A stretch of 64,000 nucleotides of DNA from Microbacterium sp. (GTDB lineage: Bacteria > Actinomycetota > Actinomycetes > Actinomycetales > Microbacteriaceae), in assembly GCF_049650565.1 (NCBI RefSeq), contig NZ_JBASAK010000054.1, positions 3,218 through 67,217 of the forward strand, read 5' to 3'. Positions 38,861 through 47,339 of this stretch are shown piece after piece. Position 1 is the stretch's first letter; every line of letters starts with the position of its first letter. Below the pieces are notes generated by a model, which saw nothing but the letters and a program-made list of their open reading frames with translations, was not told where the DNA came from and did not search any database. Both the position numbers and the translations under genes were made by a program.

Positions 38861-40317
38861 CTGCCCAGCACCGCCTCTATGACTTTCTTCGCAATCGGGG
38901 CGGCGATCCCATCGCCGGAACCCGACTGTCCCTTACCACCGCCGTCTTCGACGGCGACTGCCACCGCAACCTTCGGATTCTCCGCCGGCGCGAAACCTGT
39001 GAACCACAGGGTGTATGGATTCCCGCCGTTCTCTGCGGTTCCCGTCTTTCCGGCGACGTCGACGCCGTCTATTCTTGCACCCGTCGCGGCTCCCGAAGCC
39101 ACGCCCTGCACCATCGCGGCGGTCAGCGTCTTGGCCTGCTCGGCGCTCATCACCTGGTCGAGAGCCTCGTCGGTGTACTTCTTGTAGGGCGCGAAGTCGT
39201 CGGCGATGATCGCGTCCACCATCCGCGGCTTCATCACCGCTCCCCCGTTGGCGATGCCGGCGGCCACCATGGCCATCTGCAGCGGCGTCGTTCGAACATC
39301 GCCCTGGCCGAATCCGGTCAGCGCGGTCTGCGGGGCATTGAGCCCGTCCGGGTACGTGGACGGCGTCACGGCGAGCGGGACGTCGAGCTCGGAGTTGAAC
39401 CCGTACTTCTCGGCCGTGGCACGGACCGTGTCATCCCCCAGCTCGACGGCCAGCTCGGCCATCGGTATGTTGCAGCTGAGCCGGATCGCGTCAGCGATCG
39501 TGGCGGTCTCGCCGGGCCCGCAGGTGCCGCTCCAGGCGTTGGAGATCTGCCGCGAGGTGCCCGGCAGCGTGTAGCGCGCGGGGTTCGGCAGCGTCGACTC
39601 CATCGTGTACTTGCCGGACTCCAGGGCGGCCGTCGCGACCACGAGCTTGAACGTGGAGCCGGGAGGGTTCAGATTGCCGGCGATGGCCCGGTTGTACAGC
39701 GGCTTCAGCGGGTCGGCGACCAGCCGATCGTGCTCCGCGTCGACTGCGGAGGTGTCGTGTGCGGCCAGCTTGTTGGTGTCGAAACCCGGGGTGGAGACCA
39801 TGGCCAGCACGCGGCCGGTGGACGGCTCGAGCGCCACCACCGCGCCCTTGTAGCCGTTCTCGTTCAGCGCATCCCATGCGGCCTTCTGCACCGCCGCGCT
39901 CATGGTCAACTGGGCGCTGAGTCCCTGCTGGGGCTGGCCGGACAGGATGCGCTCCACCTCGGCGACCAGCGAGTTCGAGCTCGAGCCGGAGAGCTCGGGG
40001 TTCAGCGCCCGCTCGATGCCGGTCGAGGACTGCAGCGCCGGGTTGTAGTAGCCGGTGACGGGCGCCCACATCGCCGCATCCGTGTAGACCCGCTGGTACT
40101 GGTAGCGATCCGCCACCGGCACGGACGTGGCGATGGCGTTGCCGCCGACCAGCAGCGACCCGCGCTGGATCTGGTAGCTGTCCAGCCGCGTGCGGGTGTT
40201 GGCCGGGTTCTGCGCGAGGTTGTCGGCATCCACCACCTGGATCCAGCTCGTGGCGATGAACAGGGCGATGAACATCGCGAGGATGACGAAACTGAGACGT
40301 CGCAATTCTCTAGTCAT
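38857..40317 (-). CDS. pbpA: class B penicillin-binding protein (transpeptidase)
   Basis: The active-site motifs are STFK (GSTFKLV), SxN (LSCN) and KTG (GKTGTAE). Confidence 0.9.
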   Translation of the reverse strand: MTRELRRLSFVILAMFIALFIATSWIQVVDADNLAQNPANTRTRLDSYQIQRGSLLVGGNAIATSVPVADRYQYQRVYTDAAMWAPVTGYYNPALQSSTGIERALNPELSGSSSNSLVAEVERILSGQPQQGLSAQLTMSAAVQKAAWDALNENGYKGAVVALEPSTGRVLAMVSTPGFDTNKLAAHDTSAVDAEHDRLVADPLKPLYNRAIAGNLNPPGSTFKLVVATAALESGKYTMESTLPNPARYTLPGTSRQISNAWSGTCGPGETATIADAIRLSCNIPMAELAVELGDDTVRATAEKYGFNSELDVPLAVTPSTYPDGLNAPQTALTGFGQGDVRTTPLQMAMVAAGIANGGAVMKPRMVDAIIADDFAPYKKYTDEALDQVMSAEQAKTLTAAMVQGVASGAATGARIDGVDVAGKTGTAENGGNPYTLWFTGFAPAENPKVAVAVAVEDGGGKGQSGSGDGIAAPIAKKVIEAVLGR

Positions 40318-40351
40318 GCGACACCCCCCGGGGTGGAGTGCACACCGGCTC

Positions 40352-40381
40352 CTGAGCGAGGAGCGGAGCGACGAGTCGAAG
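40352..40381. repeat. hairpin repeat family A, single arm (reverse orientation)
   Basis: CTGAGCGAGGAGCGGAGCGACGAGTCGAAG resembles the second arm TGAGCGACGAGCGAAGCGACGAGACGAAA, with about 4 mismatches. It lies in the 72-bp rodA-pbpA spacer. Confidence 0.6.
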
Positions 40382-40389
40382 GCCCTTCG

Positions 40390-41772
40390 TCATCCGATCA
40401 CCACCCGGGGCTGACGGCGCACGCCGTCGCTGATGCGCAGCAGCAGTGCGACGATGAGCCAGTTGGCGACCAGCGACGAGCCGCCGGCCGCCAGGAACGG
40501 CGTGGTCAGACCCGTCAGCGGGATGACGCGGGTCACGCCGCCGACCATGATGAACACCTGCAGCGCGAGCGTGAACGAGAGGCCGGTGGCCAGCAGCTTG
40601 CCGAAGTCGTCTTGACCTGCCAGTCCGATGCGCAGGCCGCGGCTGACGAACACCATGTACAGGCAGAGGATCGCGAACAGCCCGACGATGCCGAGCTCTT
40701 CGCCGAGGCTCGGGATGATGTAGTCGCTGTTGGCGAGCGGCGTGATCTGCGGGCGGCCCTGGCCCCAGCCGGTGCCGATGAGGCCGCCGCGTGCCAGGCC
40801 GAAGATGCCCTCGACGAGCTGGTAGCTGCCGCCCTGCTTGCCGATGATGTCGGGGTTGAATGCGTCCAGCCAGTTGGTGAAGCGGCGCTGCACGTACGCC
40901 AGCACCCGTGTGGCCAGGAACGCGCCGATGGCGACACCGGCCAGGCCGATGAGCACCCAGCTGGTCTTGCCGGTGGCGACGTAGAGCATGGCGATGAACA
41001 TGCCGAACAGCAGCACGCCGGTGCCGAGGTCGCGCTGGGTGACGATGATCAGCAGCGACAGGAGCCACACCACCAGCACGGGACCCAGCTCGCGCATGCG
41101 CGGCCACGTCATCCCGAGGAAGCGGGTGCCGACCGAGCTGAGGCTCTCGCGGGTGCGCACCAGGTAGCCGGCGAAGAAGACGGCCAGGCAGATCTTGGCC
41201 AGCTCTCCCGGCTGGAATGAGATGAAGCCGCCCAGCGACACCCACACGTCGGCGTTGGAGCCGCGGGCCTTGAGCCCCGGGATGAACGGCAGGATCAGCA
41301 GCACGATCCCGGCCAGGCCGAAGATGTACGTGTACCGGTACAGCACGCGGTAGTTGCGCAGCGCGATCACCAGGGCGATGACGCCCGCCAGCGAGATGGC
41401 GGTCCACGCGAGCTGCTTGTTGGAGAAGGCCGGCCAGCCGGAGAGCTGCTTGGCGATGTCGATGCGGTAGATCATCGCGATGCCCAGGCCCGTCAGCAGG
41501 GTCGCGATGGGGAGCACGAAGGGGTCGGCATCGGATGCCACGGCGCGCAGCACCACGTGCACGGCGAACACGAGCACGGCGAGGCCGCCGCCGATGACGA
41601 GGATCATCGGGTCGATGGTGTGCAGGGCGCCCAGCTGCACGAGCGTGAGGGCGCCGCCTGCCAGCAGCAGGGCGAACAGCAGCAGCCAGAACTCCCGGTT
41701 GCGCTGCTTCTGCGGCATCCGGGTCCTCTTCAGCGCCTTCAGGACGCTGGTGTCGGCGGCGACGTCGGTCAT
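40390..41772 (-). CDS. rodA: SEDS family peptidoglycan polymerase (FtsW/RodA)
   Basis: The polytopic product contains ISFQPGELAKI, SDYIIPSLGEELG and TGLTTPFLAAGGSS. The ATG at 41772 overlaps the pstP stop. Confidence 0.9.
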   Translation of the reverse strand: MTDVAADTSVLKALKRTRMPQKQRNREFWLLLFALLLAGGALTLVQLGALHTIDPMILVIGGGLAVLVFAVHVVLRAVASDADPFVLPIATLLTGLGIAMIYRIDIAKQLSGWPAFSNKQLAWTAISLAGVIALVIALRNYRVLYRYTYIFGLAGIVLLILPFIPGLKARGSNADVWVSLGGFISFQPGELAKICLAVFFAGYLVRTRESLSSVGTRFLGMTWPRMRELGPVLVVWLLSLLIIVTQRDLGTGVLLFGMFIAMLYVATGKTSWVLIGLAGVAIGAFLATRVLAYVQRRFTNWLDAFNPDIIGKQGGSYQLVEGIFGLARGGLIGTGWGQGRPQITPLANSDYIIPSLGEELGIVGLFAILCLYMVFVSRGLRIGLAGQDDFGKLLATGLSFTLALQVFIMVGGVTRVIPLTGLTTPFLAAGGSSLVANWLIVALLLRISDGVRRQPRVVIG

Positions 41773-43067
41773 GGCGTCGGCGCCTCCGTCGGGGTCGGCG
41801 TCTCCGGCACGGGCGACGGGATCGGGACGGGCACGGGCGGCAGCGCGCTGACGCGCAGGCGCTCGGTGATGGCGATCGCGTCGGCGTACGAGCGGGCGTT
41901 GATGGTGCGCTCCACTGACGCGCGCTGGTAGTTGGGCAGGTCGGCCAGCAGGATGAACGTGTCCTTGACCTCGGTGGACAGCTTGATGGGGCCGAGGTCC
42001 TGCTGAACGCCGCGGTAGATCACCACGCTGTCGTCGTCGGCGCCGACGAAGTAGCGCGTCTGCGTCCAGTTGTAGGCGAGGATGCCGGCTCCCACCAGTG
42101 CGAGCAGCACGACCACCAGCGCCGCCAGCCAGGCGATGCGGCGGCGGTTGCGGCGGCGCTTGTCCTCTTCGATGATCTCCTCGAAGTAGTCCGAGTCGGG
42201 CTCGAAGTGGCTGGGCTCGTTGGCGGCCTGCAGCACGGGGTGCAGCCACCCGCTGAGCGAGGCGCGCGCGGCGGGCACCGGGAGGCTGGTCGGGTTGGAT
42301 GCCGCGCCGACGACCGTCGGGGTGCCGGAGGAGAGCGGATGCGCGCCGCCGACGTCCACGAGCACGACCGTGACGTTGTCGGGGGCGCCGCCGTCGAGAG
42401 CCTGCTTGAGCAGGATGTCGGCGGTGCGGCCGGGGGCGAGCCCGTGGCTCATGGCCTTCGCGATGTGCACGTCGTCGACCACACCGGACAGGCCGTCTGA
42501 GCACAGCAGCCACCGGTCTCCGGGGCGGGTGGGCATGACGAACAGGTCCAGGTCCGGGGCGATGTCCATGTCGCTGAGCACGCGCATGAGCACGGAGCGG
42601 CGGGGGTGGTACCTGGCCTCCTCGAGCGTGATGCGGCCCGAGTCGACCAGCCGCTGCACGAACGTGTGGTCGGTGGTGATCTGGGTGAGGGCGTCGTCGC
42701 GGTACAGGTAGATGCGCGAGTCGCCGATGTGGCCGATGACAGCGTGGTCATCGACCATGATGATGGCGCTGAGCGTGGTGCCCAGGCCCGCCAGCTCGGG
42801 GCGCTCCTTCGACGCGCGCACCAGATCGCCCGCGGCGGTGGTGGCGGCGGCCTGCAGGGTCGCCTGCGCGTCGTCGGTGGAGTCGTAGTGCTGGTCCAGG
42901 TCCTTCATGCGGCCGATGGCGATGCTCGAGGCGACGTCTCCGCCGGCGTGTCCGCCCATGCCGTCGGCGACGACGAACAGGTTGGCCCCGGAGTAGCCGG
43001 AGTCCTGGTTGTTGGAGCGGACCTTCCCGGTGTGGGAGATCGCGACGCTGGAGCCCTCGAAGACCAT
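41769..43067 (-). CDS. pstP: PP2C Ser/Thr phosphatase PstP
   Basis: The motifs are HTGKVRSNNQDS, VADGMGGHAGGDVAS and LCSDGL. The C-terminal part has a TM helix and a Pro-rich tail. Confidence 0.92.
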   Translation of the reverse strand: MVFEGSSVAISHTGKVRSNNQDSGYSGANLFVVADGMGGHAGGDVASSIAIGRMKDLDQHYDSTDDAQATLQAAATTAAGDLVRASKERPELAGLGTTLSAIIMVDDHAVIGHIGDSRIYLYRDDALTQITTDHTFVQRLVDSGRITLEEARYHPRRSVLMRVLSDMDIAPDLDLFVMPTRPGDRWLLCSDGLSGVVDDVHIAKAMSHGLAPGRTADILLKQALDGGAPDNVTVVLVDVGGAHPLSSGTPTVVGAASNPTSLPVPAARASLSGWLHPVLQAANEPSHFEPDSDYFEEIIEEDKRRRNRRRIAWLAALVVVLLALVGAGILAYNWTQTRYFVGADDDSVVIYRGVQQDLGPIKLSTEVKDTFILLADLPNYQRASVERTINARSYADAIAITERLRVSALPPVPVPIPSPVPETPTPTEAPTP

Positions 43068-43080
43068 CGGGATGCGGGCC

Positions 43081-43578
43081 CTACGCTCGCAGCTCGAAGG
43101 TCGTGGCGCCCACCTTGATGGGGGTGCCGATCTGCACCTGCACGGGCTTGTCGCTGAGCTTCTGGCCGTTCAGAAAGGTGCCGTTGGTGGAGCCGAGATC
43201 CTGCAGCGTCCAGATGTCGCCGCGGCGGGTGAGCCTGGCGTGGTGGCTGGAGGTGTAGTCGTCGCGGATCACCAGGCCCGATTCGCTGGAGCGCCCGATG
43301 GAGAGGGAGTCGGCGGTGCCCAGCGGCACGTCGAGACCCTCCTTGGGGCCGGAGGTGATGACCAGATGCGATGCGGCCTTGGCGTGCGAGCCGCTGCCCG
43401 GGCGCGGAGCCTGGTGCACGGGCGCGGGAGGTGCGGATGCTGCGGCTTCGCCGGCGGGCATCTTGCGCACGCGGACGCCGAACAGATCGGCGCGCAGCGA
43501 GTAGACCACCGCGAACACGAAGAACCACAGCATCACCAGGAAGACGATGCGAAGGACCAGCAGCAGGAGCTCGCTCAT
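43081..43578 (-). CDS. fhaB: FHA domain protein FhaB/FipA (N-terminal TM helix)
   Basis: The TM helix is LLLLVLRIVFLVMLWFFVFAVV. The FHA core is IGRSSESGLVIRDDYTSSHHARL...DLGSTNGTFLNG. Confidence 0.9.
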   Translation of the reverse strand: MSELLLLVLRIVFLVMLWFFVFAVVYSLRADLFGVRVRKMPAGEAAASAPPAPVHQAPRPGSGSHAKAASHLVITSGPKEGLDVPLGTADSLSIGRSSESGLVIRDDYTSSHHARLTRRGDIWTLQDLGSTNGTFLNGQKLSDKPVQVQIGTPIKVGATTFELRA

Positions 43579-44279
43579 CGCAGGGCCCCCGCTCTGCTTC
43601 CGGGGGTTCCTGAGCCCGTCGAAGGGACGACGCGGAAGGTCAGCTGCGTGCGCCCGATGGTGAAGGTGGAGCCGGGGGCGAGCGGGGCCTCGCGCACCTT
43701 CTGCCCCTCGACCTTGGTGCCGTTGGTGGAGCCCAGATCACGCAGCATCGCGCGTTCGCCGTCCCACAGCACCTCGGCGTGGCGGCGGCTGGAGCCGGCA
43801 TCCGAGATGGTGATGGTCGCATCGCTGCCGCGGCCGATGATGGTCCGCGCGCTGGTGAGGACGTGCTGCCCGCCGTCGACCTCGATGACGCCCTGCCAGG
43901 TGACGCCGCTCTCCACCGAGGAGGAGCTCACGCGCACCGTGCCGGTGGCGACGTGCTCGTCGGCCTCGATGATGATGTGCAGCGGGCCGGCGAAGCTGTA
44001 CCCCTGGGTGCGGGCGTGCTTGGTCAGCAGGGCGTACAGCTCGTCGTTCAGGGCGCCGCCGAGGCCCCGCATCCGCTCGTCGTCGTCGGGGCTGAGGCGC
44101 ACGAGGTAGTCGCTGGGGGTGATGATGCGGTCGCGGCTGACCACGGCCGCCCTGGTGTCGGCCTCGCGGCGCAGGGCGGAGGCGATCTCGACGGGCTGGA
44201 TGCCGCTGCGGAAGGTCTTGGCGAACGCGCTGTTCACTGCGCGCTCGAGACCTTTCTCAAAGCTGTCAAGTAGTCCCAC
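43575..44279 (-). CDS. fhaA: FhaA (DUF3662 plus FHA domain)
   Basis: The N-terminus is MGLLDSFEKGLERAVNSAFAKTF. The C-terminal FHA core is IGRGSDATITISDAGSSRRHAEV...DLGSTNGTKVEG. Confidence 0.9.
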   Translation of the reverse strand: MGLLDSFEKGLERAVNSAFAKTFRSGIQPVEIASALRREADTRAAVVSRDRIITPSDYLVRLSPDDDERMRGLGGALNDELYALLTKHARTQGYSFAGPLHIIIEADEHVATGTVRVSSSSVESGVTWQGVIEVDGGQHVLTSARTIIGRGSDATITISDAGSSRRHAEVLWDGERAMLRDLGSTNGTKVEGQKVREAPLAPGSTFTIGRTQLTFRVVPSTGSGTPGSRAGALR

Positions 44280-44394
44280 AAGGTTCCTCTGGCATGCCGA
44301 CTGGTACGGCCATCGTAGCCAGCCCCGCTGAATGCGCGCTTCATCGGGCGTGATTCCGGCGGGATGGCGGGGACGGGCGCTGTCTGGAGGTGAC

Positions 44395-44416
44395 GCGCGC
44401 GGAGTGCGCGCGGAGT
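44395..44416. repeat. perfect 11-bp tandem duplication
   Basis: GCGCGCGGAGT occurs twice, at 44395-44405 and 44406-44416, between the fhaA start and tRNA-Leu. Confidence 0.85.
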
Positions 44417-44476
44417 ATGAGGCACGCGTTTCGTCATGTTAGTGTTAGCAGGTTGAGTTCTCCGGAACGAGACACT

Positions 44477-44560
44477 GCGCGAGTGGCGGAATAGGTAGAC
44501 GCGCTGGCTTCAGGTGCCAGTGCCTGCAAGGGCGTGGGGGTTCAAGTCCCCCCTCGCGCA
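44477..44560 (+). tRNA. tRNA-Leu (anticodon CAG)
   Basis: The sequence is GCGCGAGTGGCGGAATAGGTAGACGCGCTGGCTTCAGGTGCCAGTGCCTGCAAGGGCGTGGGGGTTCAAGTCCCCCCTCGCGCA. It has a long variable arm and the anticodon loop TTCAGGT. Confidence 0.93.
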
Positions 44561-44565
44561 CAAAC

Positions 44566-44603
44566 GAGAAAGACCCCGGTCCGAAGGATCCGGGGTCTTT
44601 CTC
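44566..44603 (+). terminator. terminator after tRNA-Leu
   Basis: The stem is GAGAAAGACCCCGG / CCGGGGTCTTTCTC (14 bp), followed by ATTTGTG. Confidence 0.8.
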
Positions 44604-44792
44604 ATTTGTGAACGCAGGGTGGCACCTTGGAGCGGCCGCGAGGGAATCAAGCCCCCCTCGCGCACCTTCTGGGAAGCGATCCTCATGACCGATTCATACG
44701 CCGCCACCGGCCGACGGATGTGAACGCAGCTCACCGTCTCTTGCATCTGTACCACTGTTGTAATACAGTGAGACAAGAACGAAGGAGAGCGG

Positions 44793-45185
44793 ATGCTGAT
44801 CGACGACTCCCGTCCGATCTGGGCTCAGCTCGCCTCCGAGTTCCGCCGCCGGATCGCGGCGGGCGAGTGGTCGCCGGGGGCGAAGGTCCCCTCGGTGCGC
44901 GAACTGGCCCTCGAGCTCGGCGTGAACCCCAACACCGTTCAGAAGGCGCTCGGCGAGGTGGACCGGCAGGGTCTGACCACGACCGAGCGCACGGCCGGCC
45001 GATTCGTCACCCAGGACGAGGGGGCCGTCGCCGCCGGGCGCGCCGCGCTCGCAGCATCCACCGCCGACGGCTTCGTCCAGGCGGCACACGGCCTCGGCAT
45101 GTCGCTTGAGGACGCCACCGACCTGCTGGCCCGCCGTTGGGCCGACGCCGAGGGCACGCACACCACCGGAGAGGAAGCGCGATGA
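44793..45185 (+). CDS. GntR family (YtrA-like, short) transcriptional regulator
   Basis: The wHTH is KVPSVRELALELGVNPNTVQKALGEV. The 130-aa size fits, and the gene is coupled to a downstream ABC ATPase. Confidence 0.88.
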   Translation: MLIDDSRPIWAQLASEFRRRIAAGEWSPGAKVPSVRELALELGVNPNTVQKALGEVDRQGLTTTERTAGRFVTQDEGAVAAGRAALAASTADGFVQAAHGLGMSLEDATDLLARRWADAEGTHTTGEEAR

Positions 45186-45886
45186 CCACGCAATCCGCCA
45201 TCAAGATCACCGGACTCACCAAGTCCTACCGCGGCAGACCTGCCCTGAACGGCCTGGACCTGAACCTGGCTCCCGGCCAGATCGTCGGACTGATGGGCGA
45301 CAACGGCTCGGGCAAGACCACGTTGCTGAAGATCCTGGCCGGTGTGCTGGCCGACTGGCAGGGCGAGGTGCGCGTCGTCGGACACGTTCCCGGACCGGAG
45401 TCCAAGGCTCTGGTGTCGTTCCTTCCGGACGCGTCGTTCCTGCCCGACTCGCATGAGCCGGCGGACTCCATCGCCCAGTTCGCGCGCTTCTTCGCGGACT
45501 TCGATGCGGCGAAGGCCCGGGAGATGGTCGACTTCTTCGGCCTCCCGTGGGACCGCACGCTCAAGGAGATGTCCAAGGGCATGCGTGAGAAGCTGCAGAT
45601 CTCACTGGCCATGTCGCGCCGCGCGGAGGTCTATCTGCTGGATGAGCCCATCTCGGGCGTCGATCCGGCATCGCGCGACGTGATCCTGCGCGGCATCCTT
45701 CAGAACTTCGACGAGGACGCCCTGATGCTCATCTCCACCCATCTCATCCAGGACGTCGAGCAGATCGTCGACTCTGTGCTGTTCCTCAAGGACGGGCGGA
45801 TGCTGCTGCAGGGCGAGGCCGACGCGCTTCGCGCCGAGCACGGCTCCAGCCTGGACGCGCTCTTCCGAAAGGTGTACGCATCATGA
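45182..45886 (+). CDS. ABC transporter ATP-binding protein
   Basis: The motifs are Walker A GDNGSGKTTLLK, signature MSKGMREKL, and Walker B VYLLDEP. The ATG overlaps the GntR stop. Confidence 0.92.
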   Translation: MTTQSAIKITGLTKSYRGRPALNGLDLNLAPGQIVGLMGDNGSGKTTLLKILAGVLADWQGEVRVVGHVPGPESKALVSFLPDASFLPDSHEPADSIAQFARFFADFDAAKAREMVDFFGLPWDRTLKEMSKGMREKLQISLAMSRRAEVYLLDEPISGVDPASRDVILRGILQNFDEDALMLISTHLIQDVEQIVDSVLFLKDGRMLLQGEADALRAEHGSSLDALFRKVYAS

Positions 45887-46698
45887 TCGGCACACTGCTC
45901 GCGCAGGAGTTCCGCTCCACGCGCAAGAACCTGCTCTCGACCGTCGGGGTCGCGCTGCTCGTGGTCCTCGTCTCGCTCACGCTCACCGCCCTGAAGGTGC
46001 CCGTGCTCGGATCCGTGACGATGCTGCTCGGGATCGCCGTCGCCGTCGCTGTCACGCCGATCGTGCTGGGGCTGCTGGTGGAGAACTACTGGCGCTCGAT
46101 GTACGGCCGCGAGGGCTATTTCACCATGGCGCTGCCGGTGCGCGGGCGCACGCTGTTCGCGGCCAAGGCTCTCTACGGGTTCGTGGTCGCGCTGGTCGCG
46201 CTGCTGATCACTCTCGCGGGACTGCTGGGCGCGGGGACCGCCTACGCGCTCGCCATCGGTCGCGACCCCGGCGAGTTCCTCCGCGAGGGCCTCGCCATGA
46301 TCCAGCCGTGGATGGTGTGGTTCGGCGTGATCGTCGCGCTGCTGCAGGTGGGCTACCTGGTGGTCGCCGGCGCCGCCATCATGAGCATCGGCGCTCAGGG
46401 CCGGTTCAACCACCTCGGCTTCGGCGCGCCGGTCATCGGCGGCGTGATCGTGTACGTCGTCATGCAGATCGTCACGTTCGCGGCGATCCTCTTCATCCCT
46501 CTCGGCGTGGTGCTCACAGGAGAGGATGCCGGCAGCGTCGCTGCCGACGGGATGCTGCCCGGTTTCATCGCCTCGATCCAGCACCAAGCGGCCCCGCACG
46601 TGCTGGGCCTGGGCTTCGTCGTCACGAGCCTCGCCGCGATCGTGCTGCTGGCCTGGTGGGGCATCCGCTCGATCGAACGGCACACCTCGCTGCGCTGA
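45883..46698 (+). CDS. ABC-associated membrane protein (permease-like)
   Basis: I see six hydrophobic helices. The start overlaps the ATPase stop. Confidence 0.7.
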   Translation: MIGTLLAQEFRSTRKNLLSTVGVALLVVLVSLTLTALKVPVLGSVTMLLGIAVAVAVTPIVLGLLVENYWRSMYGREGYFTMALPVRGRTLFAAKALYGFVVALVALLITLAGLLGAGTAYALAIGRDPGEFLREGLAMIQPWMVWFGVIVALLQVGYLVVAGAAIMSIGAQGRFNHLGFGAPVIGGVIVYVVMQIVTFAAILFIPLGVVLTGEDAGSVAADGMLPGFIASIQHQAAPHVLGLGFVVTSLAAIVLLAWWGIRSIERHTSLR

Positions 46699-46780
46699 CG
46701 CGGGTCTCCTCGATGAGATGGTGAGAGCAAGAGCAGCGCGCCGGGCATCCCTCAGAGGAAGGTCGCCAGGGGGCTCTCAT

Positions 46781-46808
46781 GATTTGTCCCCCAAAAGGGG
46801 GACAAATC
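46781..46808 (+). terminator. perfect 12-bp stem hairpin downstream of the ABC operon, with no U-tract
   Basis: The hairpin is GATTTGTCCCCC / loop AAAA / GGGGGACAAATC. Confidence 0.5.
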
Positions 46809-47064
46809 GGCGCGAAGTTGTGTACACTGAAGTCTGACGCACCCTCCGGTCGTCTTCGGCCCTCATCGCTCCCCCCGCGGTGAGGGCCAACTTATTCTGC
46901 CTCGGAGCGGTCCCGACCCTTTCAGGCGTGCATCGAGTCCATCTCCTCATGCAACATTTCGGTCACCTTCTGCTGACCACTGTTGCCGGGCGCGTCGGCT
47001 GGGATAGCGTTAGCGACAGTCGGTGCATCCTGCGTCGGCATCGCAACAAGCAGAACGGCAGTAA

Positions 47065-47271
47065 ATGAGCACCCAGGGCACGGTCAAGTGGTTCAACTCG
47101 GAGAAGGGCTTCGGCTTCATCTCCCCCGACGACGGAGGCGCTGACGTGTTCGCGCACTACTCCGCAATCCAGTCTTCCGGCTACCGCTCCCTCGACGAGA
47201 ACCAGCGCGTCGAGTTCGATGTGGCGCAGGGCCCCAAGGGCCTGCAGGCTGAGAACATCCGCCCTATCTGA
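47065..47271 (+). CDS. cspA: cold-shock protein (CspA family)
   Basis: The sequence begins [35 protein letters not shown] and carries the RNP1 and RNP2 motifs. Confidence 0.96.
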   Translation: MSTQGTVKWFNSEKGFGFISPDDGGADVFAHYSAIQSSGYRSLDENQRVEFDVAQGPKGLQAENIRPI

Positions 47272-47280
47272 GGCGAATGA

Positions 47281-47325
47281 CAGAAGAACCCCGCCGGTCC
47301 TCTCGGATCCGGCGGGGTTCTTCTG
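47281..47325. terminator. bidirectional terminator between cspA and the ParM-like gene
   Basis: The stem is CAGAAGAACCCCGCCGG / CCGGCGGGGTTCTTCTG (17 bp). Confidence 0.85.
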
Positions 47326-47339
47326 CATGAGGAGTCGGG

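Noticed and set aside
46880-47328. 62-aa plus-strand and 121-aa minus-strand ORFs around cspA
   Set aside because: One ORF lies in the cspA leader and has no ribosome-binding site. The other is antisense to cspA. Neither has protein-like composition.
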